Shown: positions 9,355-17,392 of the stretch, piece after piece
Position numbering within the stretch: the stretch's first letter is position 1
Layout of the letters: every line of letters starts with the position of its first letter
Source: an uncultured virus (IMG/VR IMGVR_UViG_3300049783_001162)
Taxonomy: Duplodnaviria; Heunggongvirae; Uroviricota; Caudoviricetes
Virus record (IMG/VR): IMGVR_UViG_3300049783_001162
Reading direction: 5' to 3' (one strand)
DNA: 20,000 nt
Made by a program: the position numbers and the translations under genes
Notes under the pieces: generated by a model
What the model saw: the letters and a program-made list of their open reading frames with translations, nothing else
Told to the model about the DNA's origin: nothing
The model's database searches: none

Positions 9355-9915
9355 ATGAAAATTAAATCTAAAAAAGACGAGCATAACCGACTAAATCTTG
9401 ATTTTTATCAAAATCGGGTAGATACTAATATTGCAATTAAAAAGTTTTTAATTAATAAGATATTTGAGCACGATCCGGATTTTAAAATGGATAAAGAAAG
9501 TATGATGGCGGCCTTGGTTTATGAAGACTTATTAGAGATAGCAATTGCTGTAGTGAACAAAGATCTACGTATTGTACTCGGTCGGGGCAGAGATTACTGC
9601 GATAATTCTGATGCTAAGTTTACGTGTGTTAGAACAAGCGGTTATGGCAAATCATATTCGGCAATGGTTTCTGGAACTAGGAATAAAATTGGAGATTTAA
9701 GAGTACAATGTTACGAAAGAAAATTAGATCAATTTTATTATTTTGTTATTCCGTACAAGATGTATAAAGATGTTCCAAAAACAAGTAATATTGAAATTCG
9801 ATTTAACTTAGACGGAACACCAAAGAGAGAAAACAACTGTAGAATCAATTGGTGGGACTGGGAAGAGGCATCTTTCGAAGATATGTGTACTGTAACTCAT
9901 ACAGGAGAAAAGTAA
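9355..9915 (+). CDS. Hypothetical protein, possible PD-(D/E)XK nuclease
   Basis: Start moved to ATG 9355 because AAAGGA lies upstream. YEDLLEIAI...GRDYCDNSDAKF gives an E...D...D-x-K pattern. Confidence 0.45.
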   Translation: MKIKSKKDEHNRLNLDFYQNRVDTNIAIKKFLINKIFEHDPDFKMDKESMMAALVYEDLLEIAIAVVNKDLRIVLGRGRDYCDNSDAKFTCVRTSGYGKSYSAMVSGTRNKIGDLRVQCYERKLDQFYYFVIPYKMYKDVPKTSNIEIRFNLDGTPKRENNCRINWWDWEEASFEDMCTVTHTGEK

Positions 9916-10175
9916 TAGGAAACTTGTTAGAAGGCGAACGATTAATTTACGAAAGACTAGACAAAACAATATATGCTAGATACTCCAACAGGCCAGATAT
10001 ACCACGCTGGGTAATAAGCAGCGACAGTCCTGACTTTAAGTATTCTGAATTTGTAGACTTGATAGCCTTGACCAACAATGACGAAATATTTAAAAAAGAG
10101 TTTGACAAATTAATGACTCTGTATTATATTAAAAAAGAAGAAGAGAAAACATGCCAGCAGAAAAGCTTCCTGTAA
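9915..10175 (+). CDS. Small hypothetical phage protein (GNLLEGERLIYER...); start codon uncertain
   Basis: AGGAG (9903-9907) lies 7 nt before an in-frame ATA at 9915. An alternative TTG is at 9924. The ORF fills the gap before the next gene. Confidence 0.55.
   Translation: MGNLLEGERLIYERLDKTIYARYSNRPDIPRWVISSDSPDFKYSEFVDLIALTNNDEIFKKEFDKLMTLYYIKKEEEKTCQQKSFL
10102..10130 (+). promoter_or_regulatory. Possible sigma70-like promoter for the clamp-loader gene block
   Basis: TTGACA (10102-10107), 17-bp spacer, TATATT (10125-10130). The ATG is at 10151. Confidence 0.45.
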
Positions 10176-10609
10176 AGGATCTACTAGCCGCAATTGACTT
10201 AAACGGAAAAGACGTTTGGGACGAGCTAGACACAGACCAACGCAAGCAAGTTAGCTTCTGGTTGCTAAATCGTTACGTTAGTAGTATAAAAGGTAACAGA
10301 ACTTCTACCGAACTTGCAGTGTTTAAAACAAATGAATACTATAACAAAAACTGGGAAGTGCTAGGAGCAAGACATCCTAAGCTACAATGGCAATTGTTAT
10401 GCATGGCCGGTAATACTGGTAAGATACAGTATCATCCCTGGATTGGCTTGAAGCAACACAAGGATATTAACAACAAAGCGGTAAAACTGTTATTGGAAAT
10501 TTACCCTAACAAAAAGATAGACGAGGTTGAATTACTTGCTAGAATATCTACCAAAGCACAAATTAAGGAACTTGCTAGAGAACATGGATATGACAAAGTC
10601 AGCATCTAA
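10151..10609 (+). CDS. Putative clamp-loader small subunit (T4 gp62-like)
   Basis: 152 aa with L.AID...K, FWLLNRYVS, NEYYN, HPKLQWQLL and YHPW. Size, motif pattern and replication context resemble gp62-like proteins. Confidence 0.5.
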   Translation: MPAEKLPVKDLLAAIDLNGKDVWDELDTDQRKQVSFWLLNRYVSSIKGNRTSTELAVFKTNEYYNKNWEVLGARHPKLQWQLLCMAGNTGKIQYHPWIGLKQHKDINNKAVKLLLEIYPNKKIDEVELLARISTKAQIKELAREHGYDKVSI

Positions 10610-11282
10610 GAAATTTGTTTGCGAATATTGCAAAAAGAGTTATTCAAAAGAGAGTACTCTGATTGTGCATATGTGCGAGCCGAAACGCAGGTGGTTACAA
10701 AAAGACGAAAAGCGTGTGAAGCTAGGCTTGTATGCCTTCCAGCGATTCTATAAATTGAGTGCAGGAAACAAAACTGATAAGACTTATGCAGAGTTTACGA
10801 AGTCTACATTTTACAAAGCATTTGTAAAGTTTGGAAGTTTTGTAAACAATGTCAAGCCATTGTATCCAGAAAAGTATGTTGACTATGTTGTTACAAGTGG
10901 AGTAAAACTCGATCACTGGTGCAAAGACGCAATGTATGAAGAATATGCTGCTAACCTTATAATAAAGGAAGGTGTTGAAACAGCACTAGAGCGATCAGTA
11001 AACACAATGGTAGCATGGGCCGAAGCCAATCAGTCTGTGTGGAATCATTACTTTACATACGTCTCGACAAATAGAGCAGTGTATGATATAAAAGACGGCA
11101 AGATATCACCGTGGCTATTATTAAATTGTAATTCTGGAAAGGCACTTCTGGCCAAGTTCAATGACGAACAACTAGGCCTAGTTTTCCATATCCTAAATCC
11201 CAGTCACTGGGCTATGCGATTTAAAAGACAACCCAGTGATGTAGCACTTGTAAAGTCTGTTGCCAAACAAGGAAACCTATGA
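10590..11282 (+). CDS. Hypothetical protein with an N-terminal zinc-finger-like motif
   Basis: FVCEYCKKSYSKESTLIVHMC is C2H2/C2HC-like. The start is probably ATG 10590 or 10584 rather than 10527. Confidence 0.65.
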   Translation: MTKSASKKFVCEYCKKSYSKESTLIVHMCEPKRRWLQKDEKRVKLGLYAFQRFYKLSAGNKTDKTYAEFTKSTFYKAFVKFGSFVNNVKPLYPEKYVDYVVTSGVKLDHWCKDAMYEEYAANLIIKEGVETALERSVNTMVAWAEANQSVWNHYFTYVSTNRAVYDIKDGKISPWLLLNCNSGKALLAKFNDEQLGLVFHILNPSHWAMRFKRQPSDVALVKSVAKQGNL

Positions 11283-11837
11283 ATGGATATCGATATAGAC
11301 TTTGCAGACAGAGACATATTGCTGTCTAAGATACAGCATCATGTTGCAAAACTTGAAAATGGAAAGAAGCACAATACCGGTGTATATGCTACTACAATTC
11401 CGCACAACCCTATTGATAATCTTGCTACAATTGATTACAAAGCAGCCGAGGATAGAAAATATTTTAAGTTAGATTTCCTAAATGTAAGCATATACAAAGA
11501 TGTTCGCAACAATGCTCATATGGACGACTTGGTCAACAAAGAACCTATGTGGGAGTTGTTACAATATAAGGAATTTAGTGATACAGTTTTTCACGTGTCA
11601 GGGCATCATAATATTTTGCAAAAGCTCAAGCCTGACTCTATTGCAAAATTAGCAGCATGTCTTGCAATTATTCGTCCTGCGAAGCGACACTTGGTGGACA
11701 AAGAGTGGAATGATATATTTGAGGAAGTGTGGATCAAGCCGACTACTGATCAATATTTCTTTAAGAAGGCACATGCGTTTTCTTACGCAATGGCAGTAAT
11801 GGTTCACATGAACTTAATTTGTGAAGCGTCTATTTAA
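11283..11837 (+). CDS. Minimal DNA polymerase III alpha (DnaE, family C)-like protein
   Basis: DIDIDF, KHNTGVY, FKLDFLN, LAACLAIIRP and YFFKKAHAFSYA are collinear with the DnaE motifs PDxDxDF, HaaGv, KxDFLG, AlxRP and YgFNKSHaxaY, in only 184 aa. Confidence 0.75.
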   Translation: MDIDIDFADRDILLSKIQHHVAKLENGKKHNTGVYATTIPHNPIDNLATIDYKAAEDRKYFKLDFLNVSIYKDVRNNAHMDDLVNKEPMWELLQYKEFSDTVFHVSGHHNILQKLKPDSIAKLAACLAIIRPAKRHLVDKEWNDIFEEVWIKPTTDQYFFKKAHAFSYAMAVMVHMNLICEASI

Positions 11838-12198
11838 TTTTTTTAACAAGCTGGACGCTTTTTCTTTTTACTCGTTTCAATGATAAATTATTGAGATTCA
11901 CACACGGTCCTACAACAACCTTTACATCTTTGGAATTCATTGACATCATACAATAACGTACAGGATCAATTTCTCTCCTCATAAAGGTGCTAACTGGTAT
12001 GAGTCTATTTGATTCCCACCACCATGTTTCTGCAATATCCAGTAACAACCGTTTATCACTATTGGTTTTTAATCCAGTGTACACAAACATTGTTGTCACA
12101 TACTGATCTTGATTTGCAATCACTCCGACATACTCGTTGCCGCCGTATGCGACAACACTTACGTATGGAAATTGTTCTTCTATTTCTTTTAATAACAT
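11830..12198 (-). CDS. Hypothetical phage protein (122 aa)
   Basis: ORF fills the gap and carries FPYVSVV.YG..EYVGVI.N and WWWESNRLIP. Its 3' end overlaps the DnaE-like gene by 8 nt. Confidence 0.7.
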   Translation of the reverse strand: MLLKEIEEQFPYVSVVAYGGNEYVGVIANQDQYVTTMFVYTGLKTNSDKRLLLDIAETWWWESNRLIPVSTFMRREIDPVRYCMMSMNSKDVKVVVGPCVNLNNLSLKRVKRKSVQLVKKIK

Positions 12199-12202
12199 TA
12201 CG

Positions 12203-12210
12203 ATAAATAC
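12203..12210 (+). promoter_or_regulatory. T4-late-like promoter box ATAAATAC
   Basis: ATAAATAC is followed by an AAGGA SD and then ATG 12234 of a putative structural gene. Confidence 0.5.
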
Positions 12211-12233
12211 ACTATAATTAAGGATCCTACTAT

Positions 12234-13019
12234 ATGCAGCTAATACCTAGATATTTAGTCGATGAGAGAACAATTGTTGTATCTAATGATGCAGGATTCC
12301 CAGTGGAGTATAGACCAGTGTACAGCAGACAGTTAAAAGTATATAAAGGTATTGATAATACCATACAATTTAGATTATTAAACGCAGATCAAAAGCCTGT
12401 GGAAATCACATCCGATATGGTGTTTGTTGTGTTTGACGAAGGCAACAATATGATAATCAACAAGCTTACTACCGTCACAGATGACTCATCTGTGGCAAAT
12501 AGAGGAATGTTTGAAGTAACCATCACAGACAACGAATTACTTAATGTAAAACAACAATACCTAAAATACAATGTTTACAAAAGTGACAACGGAGTAAACA
12601 CTGTGACATATGCTAGTCGCAGTTTTGAAAGTGCAGGAATAATATACCTTGACGGCAACGCCTATCCAGGACCAAAATCCAGCACAACAATCACCAACTT
12701 TTATACAGTATCGGACTACTGGGTTGCCGGCAGTGATGACACTGACAAGATTGGCGCACAACCAGGATTAAACGGAAACGAAGCATTGCACACAGTTGCA
12801 GTTTATACCAGTGGATATATTGGCAAGGTAGAAATACAAGCAACACTTGACAATCAGATAACTGGCATCAACAACTGGAGCACGCTAGGCACGATGGTAT
12901 TTGACGGATCTGAAACTCAGGCAGTTCCGTTTAATTTCAATGGTGTTGTAAGCTTTGTTAGATTCAAGTTAGACAGTGATCCAGCTGGTACAGTAACCAA
13001 GATTCTTATTAGAAACTAA
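12234..13019 (+). CDS. Putative virion structural protein (beta-rich; baseplate/tail-like)
   Basis: Rich in T/V/G/N/D, with YKGIDNTIQFRLLNADQKPV and GKVEIQATL. It is preceded by a late-like TAAATA box. Confidence 0.5.
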   Translation: MQLIPRYLVDERTIVVSNDAGFPVEYRPVYSRQLKVYKGIDNTIQFRLLNADQKPVEITSDMVFVVFDEGNNMIINKLTTVTDDSSVANRGMFEVTITDNELLNVKQQYLKYNVYKSDNGVNTVTYASRSFESAGIIYLDGNAYPGPKSSTTITNFYTVSDYWVAGSDDTDKIGAQPGLNGNEALHTVAVYTSGYIGKVEIQATLDNQITGINNWSTLGTMVFDGSETQAVPFNFNGVVSFVRFKLDSDPAGTVTKILIRN

Positions 13020-13048
13020 TTGACATTTGCAAGTAATACTGCTATTAT
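13020..13048 (+). promoter_or_regulatory. Sigma70-like promoter, predicted leaderless primase transcript
   Basis: TTGACA (13020-13025), 17-bp spacer, TGc-TATTAT (13043-13048). The ATG is at 13055 with no SD. Confidence 0.75.
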
Positions 13049-13054
13049 AACAGT

Positions 13055-14038
13055 ATGAGTATTGTATCAGACACACTGCTGACAGTTTTGCCTGGCAAGC
13101 GCAAGCAAACCCCCAGCGGATGGATATCATTTAACGGAGTATGTTGCGTTCACAACGGCGAGTCTGCTGATAATAGAACTCGAGGCGGCGTGATACAAGA
13201 AGGCGAGGTAGTAAGCTACCATTGCTTCAATTGTGGATACAAAGCCAGTTGGCAACCTGGCAGACATATTTCGTACAAGTTAAAGAAACTGTTCCAATGG
13301 CTTGGCGCACCAGACGATGTTATTTCCAAGTTGAGTTTGGAAGTTCTAAAAATCAATGACGGGTTTGAGTCAGTCGAACGACTGGTTGAATTGCCTACAT
13401 TTGCTAGTGTGCCGTTGCCCGACGATGCAACACTAATAACGGACAATCCGTGTGCATCGGGCAAGTTGGTCGAAGTTATGGATTATATGTCCAGCAGAAA
13501 ACTTTGGCTAGATGACGGATATAATTATTACTGGTCGTCCCAACTGAAATACAGAGATAGATTGTTTATTCCGTTTTATTACGAGAATAGAATTGTTGGC
13601 TGGTCAGGAAGGACTGTTAATTCCAACAAAAAACCTAAGTACTTAACTGACTCTCAGCCTGGTTATCTTTTTAATTTAGACAAGCAAACTCCGGATAAAA
13701 TATTCTGTATTGTAGTCGAAGGCCCGCTGGACGCTATTCCAATTGATGGAGTAGCATTGTTGAGAGCAGAGATCAATGAACAACAGGTTATGTTGCTCAA
13801 GAGATTAAACAAAGATATAATACTATTACCGGACAGAGATTATTCCGGTAAAAGATTGGTCGAAGAAGCAATTGAGTATGGCTGGCAAGTGAGCATGCCC
13901 GACTGGGAAGAAGACATCAAAGACACCGGAGAAGCAGTGCAGCGATACGGGCAAGTATACACCTTGTTTAGTATCGCTGCGGCAGCAGAAAGTTCTCCGT
14001 TAAAGATTAGACTGAAAGCAAAAAAATGGTTCAAATAA
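13055..14038 (+). CDS. DNA primase (DnaG/T4 gp61-like)
   Basis: Zinc-binding CC.H...HCFNCG, FIPF...IVGWSGR, KPKY and TOPRIM motifs VVEGPLDA, PDRD..G and KD. Confidence 0.88.
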   Translation: MSIVSDTLLTVLPGKRKQTPSGWISFNGVCCVHNGESADNRTRGGVIQEGEVVSYHCFNCGYKASWQPGRHISYKLKKLFQWLGAPDDVISKLSLEVLKINDGFESVERLVELPTFASVPLPDDATLITDNPCASGKLVEVMDYMSSRKLWLDDGYNYYWSSQLKYRDRLFIPFYYENRIVGWSGRTVNSNKKPKYLTDSQPGYLFNLDKQTPDKIFCIVVEGPLDAIPIDGVALLRAEINEQQVMLLKRLNKDIILLPDRDYSGKRLVEEAIEYGWQVSMPDWEEDIKDTGEAVQRYGQVYTLFSIAAAAESSPLKIRLKAKKWFK

Positions 14039-14151
14039 TAATTAATATAATTACAATAATCATCTATCCGCTTACCTGGATCAGAGATGAAATAAAGTAC
14101 CGCTTGAAGATGAGGGCGCTTCGTAAAAAAGATCCGTTTAACTACGATTGA
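14026..14151 (+). CDS. 41-aa peptide MVQIIINIITIIIYPLTWIRDEIKYRLKMRALRKKDPFNYD (below the ORF-track cutoff)
   Basis: Translated by hand. It exactly fills the primase-carbamoyltransferase gap, and its TGA (14149-14151) overlaps the next gene's TTG start (14148-14150). Confidence 0.65.
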   Translation: MVQIIINIITIIIYPLTWIRDEIKYRLKMRALRKKDPFNYD

Positions 14152-15611
14152 TCTGGGGCATCAGTGCAAACAGTCATGATGCTGCGCTTGCAGTATTTGA
14201 CAACAACGTCGACTTGAAGTTTGCCAGTCAGAGTGAAAGATTTAGTAGAGTAAAAAATGATCCGCATTTGCACAAAGACTTGGTCGATTATGCAAAGCAG
14301 TTTGGTGAACCCGAGCATGTGGTGTGGTATGAAAATCCATACAAGAAAACAGCACGTCAGTTGCTAGCCGGACAAGGCTGGAATGCCAAGAAGAATAACG
14401 TTAAAGAATATCTACAACAGTACAACATCAATCCAGCCCGCATCAATTATGTAGACCATCATCGCAGTCATGCCGCTGCTGGATTTAACACAAGTGGGTT
14501 TTACGACGCTACTGTTGTGTGCATTGACAGCATTGGTGAGTTTGAAACACTGACTGTGTGGAGTGCAACACTAACTGGAATGAAGAAAGTATACAGCCAG
14601 CGTTACCCACATAGTGTGGGCCTGTGGTACACTGCAATGACTCAACGAGTTGGCTTAAAGCCACAGGAGGATGAATACATTCTCATGGGCATGGCTGCAT
14701 ACGGCGACGGCGATCGTCTATACCATGATGTGAAACGTGACTTTGTTGAAATTGGCGGCAAGCCTATGATCAAGTTTAATAGGAATTTACATCGCGGCTG
14801 CAAATACTGGCGCCCTGATCTAACCACTGAACAGGACCACTTCGATATTGCCGCAGCTACGCAACTTGTGTATGAAGATATTCTTCGTCACTTGTTGGGC
14901 ACATTTGCCAACAAGTTGCCTAGTAAAAATCTAGTGCTAATGGGCGGATGTGCATTGAATTGCAGCGCCAACTCAATAGCATACGAATACTTTAAAAACG
15001 TATGGGTTATGCCTAATCCGGGCGACAGCGGCAGTGCAATCGGCGCAGTGTTGTCCTATTATGACAAACGTATCAAGTGGCCAGGGCCTTACCTTGGCTA
15101 TAACATAGAAGGAGAATATCCGGTTGCTAAAATTCTTATTGAGCTTTCCCGCGGTGCTGGTATATGTGGTGTTGCTAACGGTCCTAGCGAGTTTGGTCCT
15201 AGGGCTTTCGGAAACCGTAGTCTACTTGCTGACCCGCGAGGATCAGATATCAAAGATAGAGTTAATACTATCAAACAACGGCAAGAATTCAGACCATTTG
15301 CACCAGCTATACTTGAGGAACACGCCAGTGACATTTTTGCCGGATCCTACGGCCCATATATGCAATTCACAGCACATTGCAGATATCCTGCTTTATACCC
15401 TGCAATTGTCCACGTCGACGGAACTTCAAGAGTCCAAACTGTTGGAAGACACGATAACAGAGGTTTTCGTCAACTGTTGGAGAGATGGTACGAATTAACA
15501 GGCTGTCCGATGCTGCTAAATACCAGTCTCAATGTAAAAGGGCAGCCTATCGTCAACACGATGTTGGACGCTATAGAATTTGAAAATCAATATAATATAA
15601 AAGTTTATTGA
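14148..15611 (+). CDS. Carbamoyltransferase, NodU/CmcH/TobZ family
   Basis: Motifs HDAA, ERFSRVKND, HHRSHAA, DSIGE, EYILMGMAAYG, GGCALNC.AN, PGDSGSAIGA, EFGPRAFGNRS, RPFAP, HVDGTSRVQTV and LLNTSLN. Confidence 0.93.
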   Translation: MIWGISANSHDAALAVFDNNVDLKFASQSERFSRVKNDPHLHKDLVDYAKQFGEPEHVVWYENPYKKTARQLLAGQGWNAKKNNVKEYLQQYNINPARINYVDHHRSHAAAGFNTSGFYDATVVCIDSIGEFETLTVWSATLTGMKKVYSQRYPHSVGLWYTAMTQRVGLKPQEDEYILMGMAAYGDGDRLYHDVKRDFVEIGGKPMIKFNRNLHRGCKYWRPDLTTEQDHFDIAAATQLVYEDILRHLLGTFANKLPSKNLVLMGGCALNCSANSIAYEYFKNVWVMPNPGDSGSAIGAVLSYYDKRIKWPGPYLGYNIEGEYPVAKILIELSRGAGICGVANGPSEFGPRAFGNRSLLADPRGSDIKDRVNTIKQRQEFRPFAPAILEEHASDIFAGSYGPYMQFTAHCRYPALYPAIVHVDGTSRVQTVGRHDNRGFRQLLERWYELTGCPMLLNTSLNVKGQPIVNTMLDAIEFENQYNIKVY

Positions 15612-15636
15612 CTTTTTCAACTGATTAAAGTATAAT
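15608..15636 (+). promoter_or_regulatory. Sigma70-like promoter, predicted leaderless transcript
   Basis: TTGACT (15608-15613), 17-bp spacer, TATAAT (15631-15636). The ATG is at 15643 with no SD. Confidence 0.75.
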
Positions 15637-15642
15637 AATTAC

Positions 15643-15960
15643 ATGACACAAATTAAAAAAATCACCAAAGACATGGTAAAGGACGCACTGAGAGAAGTAT
15701 ACGATCCAGAAATTGCAGGGATTAGTGTACAAGACTTGGGACTAATTTATGAGATAAATATCACAGGCGATCACGTACATGTTAAGCACACACTTACAAG
15801 TATGATGTGTCCGTTTGCAGAAGAAATATGTTCGGATATATATGAAGCAGTTGCAGGCATAGACGGAGTTGCAACAGTTAATAGAGAACTGGTATTTCAG
15901 CCTGAATTTTCTGTAGAGATGGTTCCTGAGGATACAAGAATGATTATGGGATGGTACTAA
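15643..15960 (+). CDS. DUF59 / SufT / PaaD / MIP18-like metal-sulfur cluster assembly factor
   Basis: ALREVYDPEI..ISVQDLGLIYEI and TLTSMMCP give the DPE-X-T-X-C signature. Confidence 0.88.
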   Translation: MTQIKKITKDMVKDALREVYDPEIAGISVQDLGLIYEINITGDHVHVKHTLTSMMCPFAEEICSDIYEAVAGIDGVATVNRELVFQPEFSVEMVPEDTRMIMGWY

Positions 15961-15982
15961 GACATTAAAGAGGTAATATAGC

Positions 15983-17392
15983 ATGAGTACAAGACAAAAT
16001 ACAGACTACGGGTTTGATATACAAAAAGTATATTTAGAAATGATGATGAGCGACGCAGCAACATTTGTACGTTGCCAGAGTGTGTTTGATGCAGAATCGT
16101 TTGATAGAAGATTAAAGCCTGCTGCCGAATTTCTAAACAACTATGTCATTGATCATAATGCATTACCTACATTTGACATGATCAATGCTGCTACGCACAC
16201 GCAACTCAAAGATCCGGGCATACTACAAGATTCGCATTACGATTGGTTGCTAACAGAATTTGAAACGTTTTCTAGGCACAAAGCACTGGAAGCTGCAATT
16301 CTACAGAGTGCCGATTTGTTAGAAAAAGGCGAGTACGGCCCAGTTGAAGAACTGGTAAAGAAAGCTGTTCAAATTGGATTGCAAAGAGATCTTGGCACAG
16401 ACTACTGGGAAAACCCGCGTGCTAGATTAGAAGCAATTAAAGAAAATAACGGACAAGTGAGCACAGGCTGGAAAAACCTAGACAAGAAATTGTTTGGTGG
16501 ATTTAACAGAGGCGAGCTTAATATCTTTGCTGGAGGTTCGGGTGCTGGTAAAAGTTTATTCCTTGCTAATCTAGGAGTCAATTGGAGTCTCATGGGCATG
16601 AATGTGCTGTACTTAACATTCGAACTTAGCGAGAACCTAGTAAGTATGCGCATTGACAGCATGGTAACTGGTATTCCCAGCAGAGACGTGTTTAAAACAA
16701 TCGACGATGTTGAAATGAAAGTTAAGATGATCGGAAAGAAAGCAGGAGCTTTCCAAGTCAAGTACATGCCATCTGGCAAGAATGCAAACGATATTCGCAG
16801 CTACATCAAAGAATACGAAATTAAGACAGGACGCAAGATTGATGTTCTGTTGATTGACTATTTGGATCTTATGATGCCATTGAGTGTTAAAATTTCTCCA
16901 GAAAACTTGTTTGTTAAAGACAAGTATGTAAGTGAAGAACTACGTAACTTGGCAATGGAATTGCAGACAATTTTTGTTACAGCGTCGCAGCTGAACAGAG
17001 GAGCAGTTGAGGAAGTTGAATTTGACCACTCGCACATCTCCGGAGGCCTTAGTAAAATCAATACAGCAGACAACGTGATTGGTATATTTACAAGCAGAGC
17101 AATGCGAGAACGAGGACGTTATCAATTGCAGTTGATGAAGACAAGAAGCTCAAGCGGTGTTAATTCAAAGATCGATTTAGGGTTTGAAGTTGACAGTTTG
17201 CGCATCATCGACTGTGAAGAAGATGATGAAGATTCGCCACAAGGACAAACAACTGGAAGTAGCATTGTTGCAAATCTCAAACGCAATAGCTCAACAAATC
17301 CTTCTGAGGGTGCGCCTGTTGCTAAAGTAACAGCAGAAACCGACGGCACTAAGTTACGCGCTTTCCTAAATGGCTTGGGTCAAGACGAGTAG
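15983..17392 (+). CDS. Replicative DnaB-like helicase (T4 gp41-like)
   Basis: STGW..LD....GGF.RGEL, GGSGAGKS (Walker A), YLTFELSE, IDYLDLM, TASQLNR and LMKTR. An AAGAGG SD is present. Confidence 0.92.
   Translation: MSTRQNTDYGFDIQKVYLEMMMSDAATFVRCQSVFDAESFDRRLKPAAEFLNNYVIDHNALPTFDMINAATHTQLKDPGILQDSHYDWLLTEFETFSRHKALEAAILQSADLLEKGEYGPVEELVKKAVQIGLQRDLGTDYWENPRARLEAIKENNGQVSTGWKNLDKKLFGGFNRGELNIFAGGSGAGKSLFLANLGVNWSLMGMNVLYLTFELSENLVSMRIDSMVTGIPSRDVFKTIDDVEMKVKMIGKKAGAFQVKYMPSGKNANDIRSYIKEYEIKTGRKIDVLLIDYLDLMMPLSVKISPENLFVKDKYVSEELRNLAMELQTIFVTASQLNRGAVEEVEFDHSHISGGLSKINTADNVIGIFTSRAMRERGRYQLQLMKTRSSSGVNSKIDLGFEVDSLRIIDCEEDDEDSPQGQTTGSSIVANLKRNSSTNPSEGAPVAKVTAETDGTKLRAFLNGLGQDE

Noticed and set aside
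85..17349. Many 60-125 aa ORFs nested in or antisense to the long genes
   Set aside because: They are shadow ORFs of motif-supported genes, with no independent start signals or motifs.
6174..17392. Inteins or introns in the helicases, primase or DnaE-like gene
   Set aside because: Protein lengths are normal or short, motifs are contiguous, and no C...HN splice-junction pattern or LAGLIDADG insert was seen.
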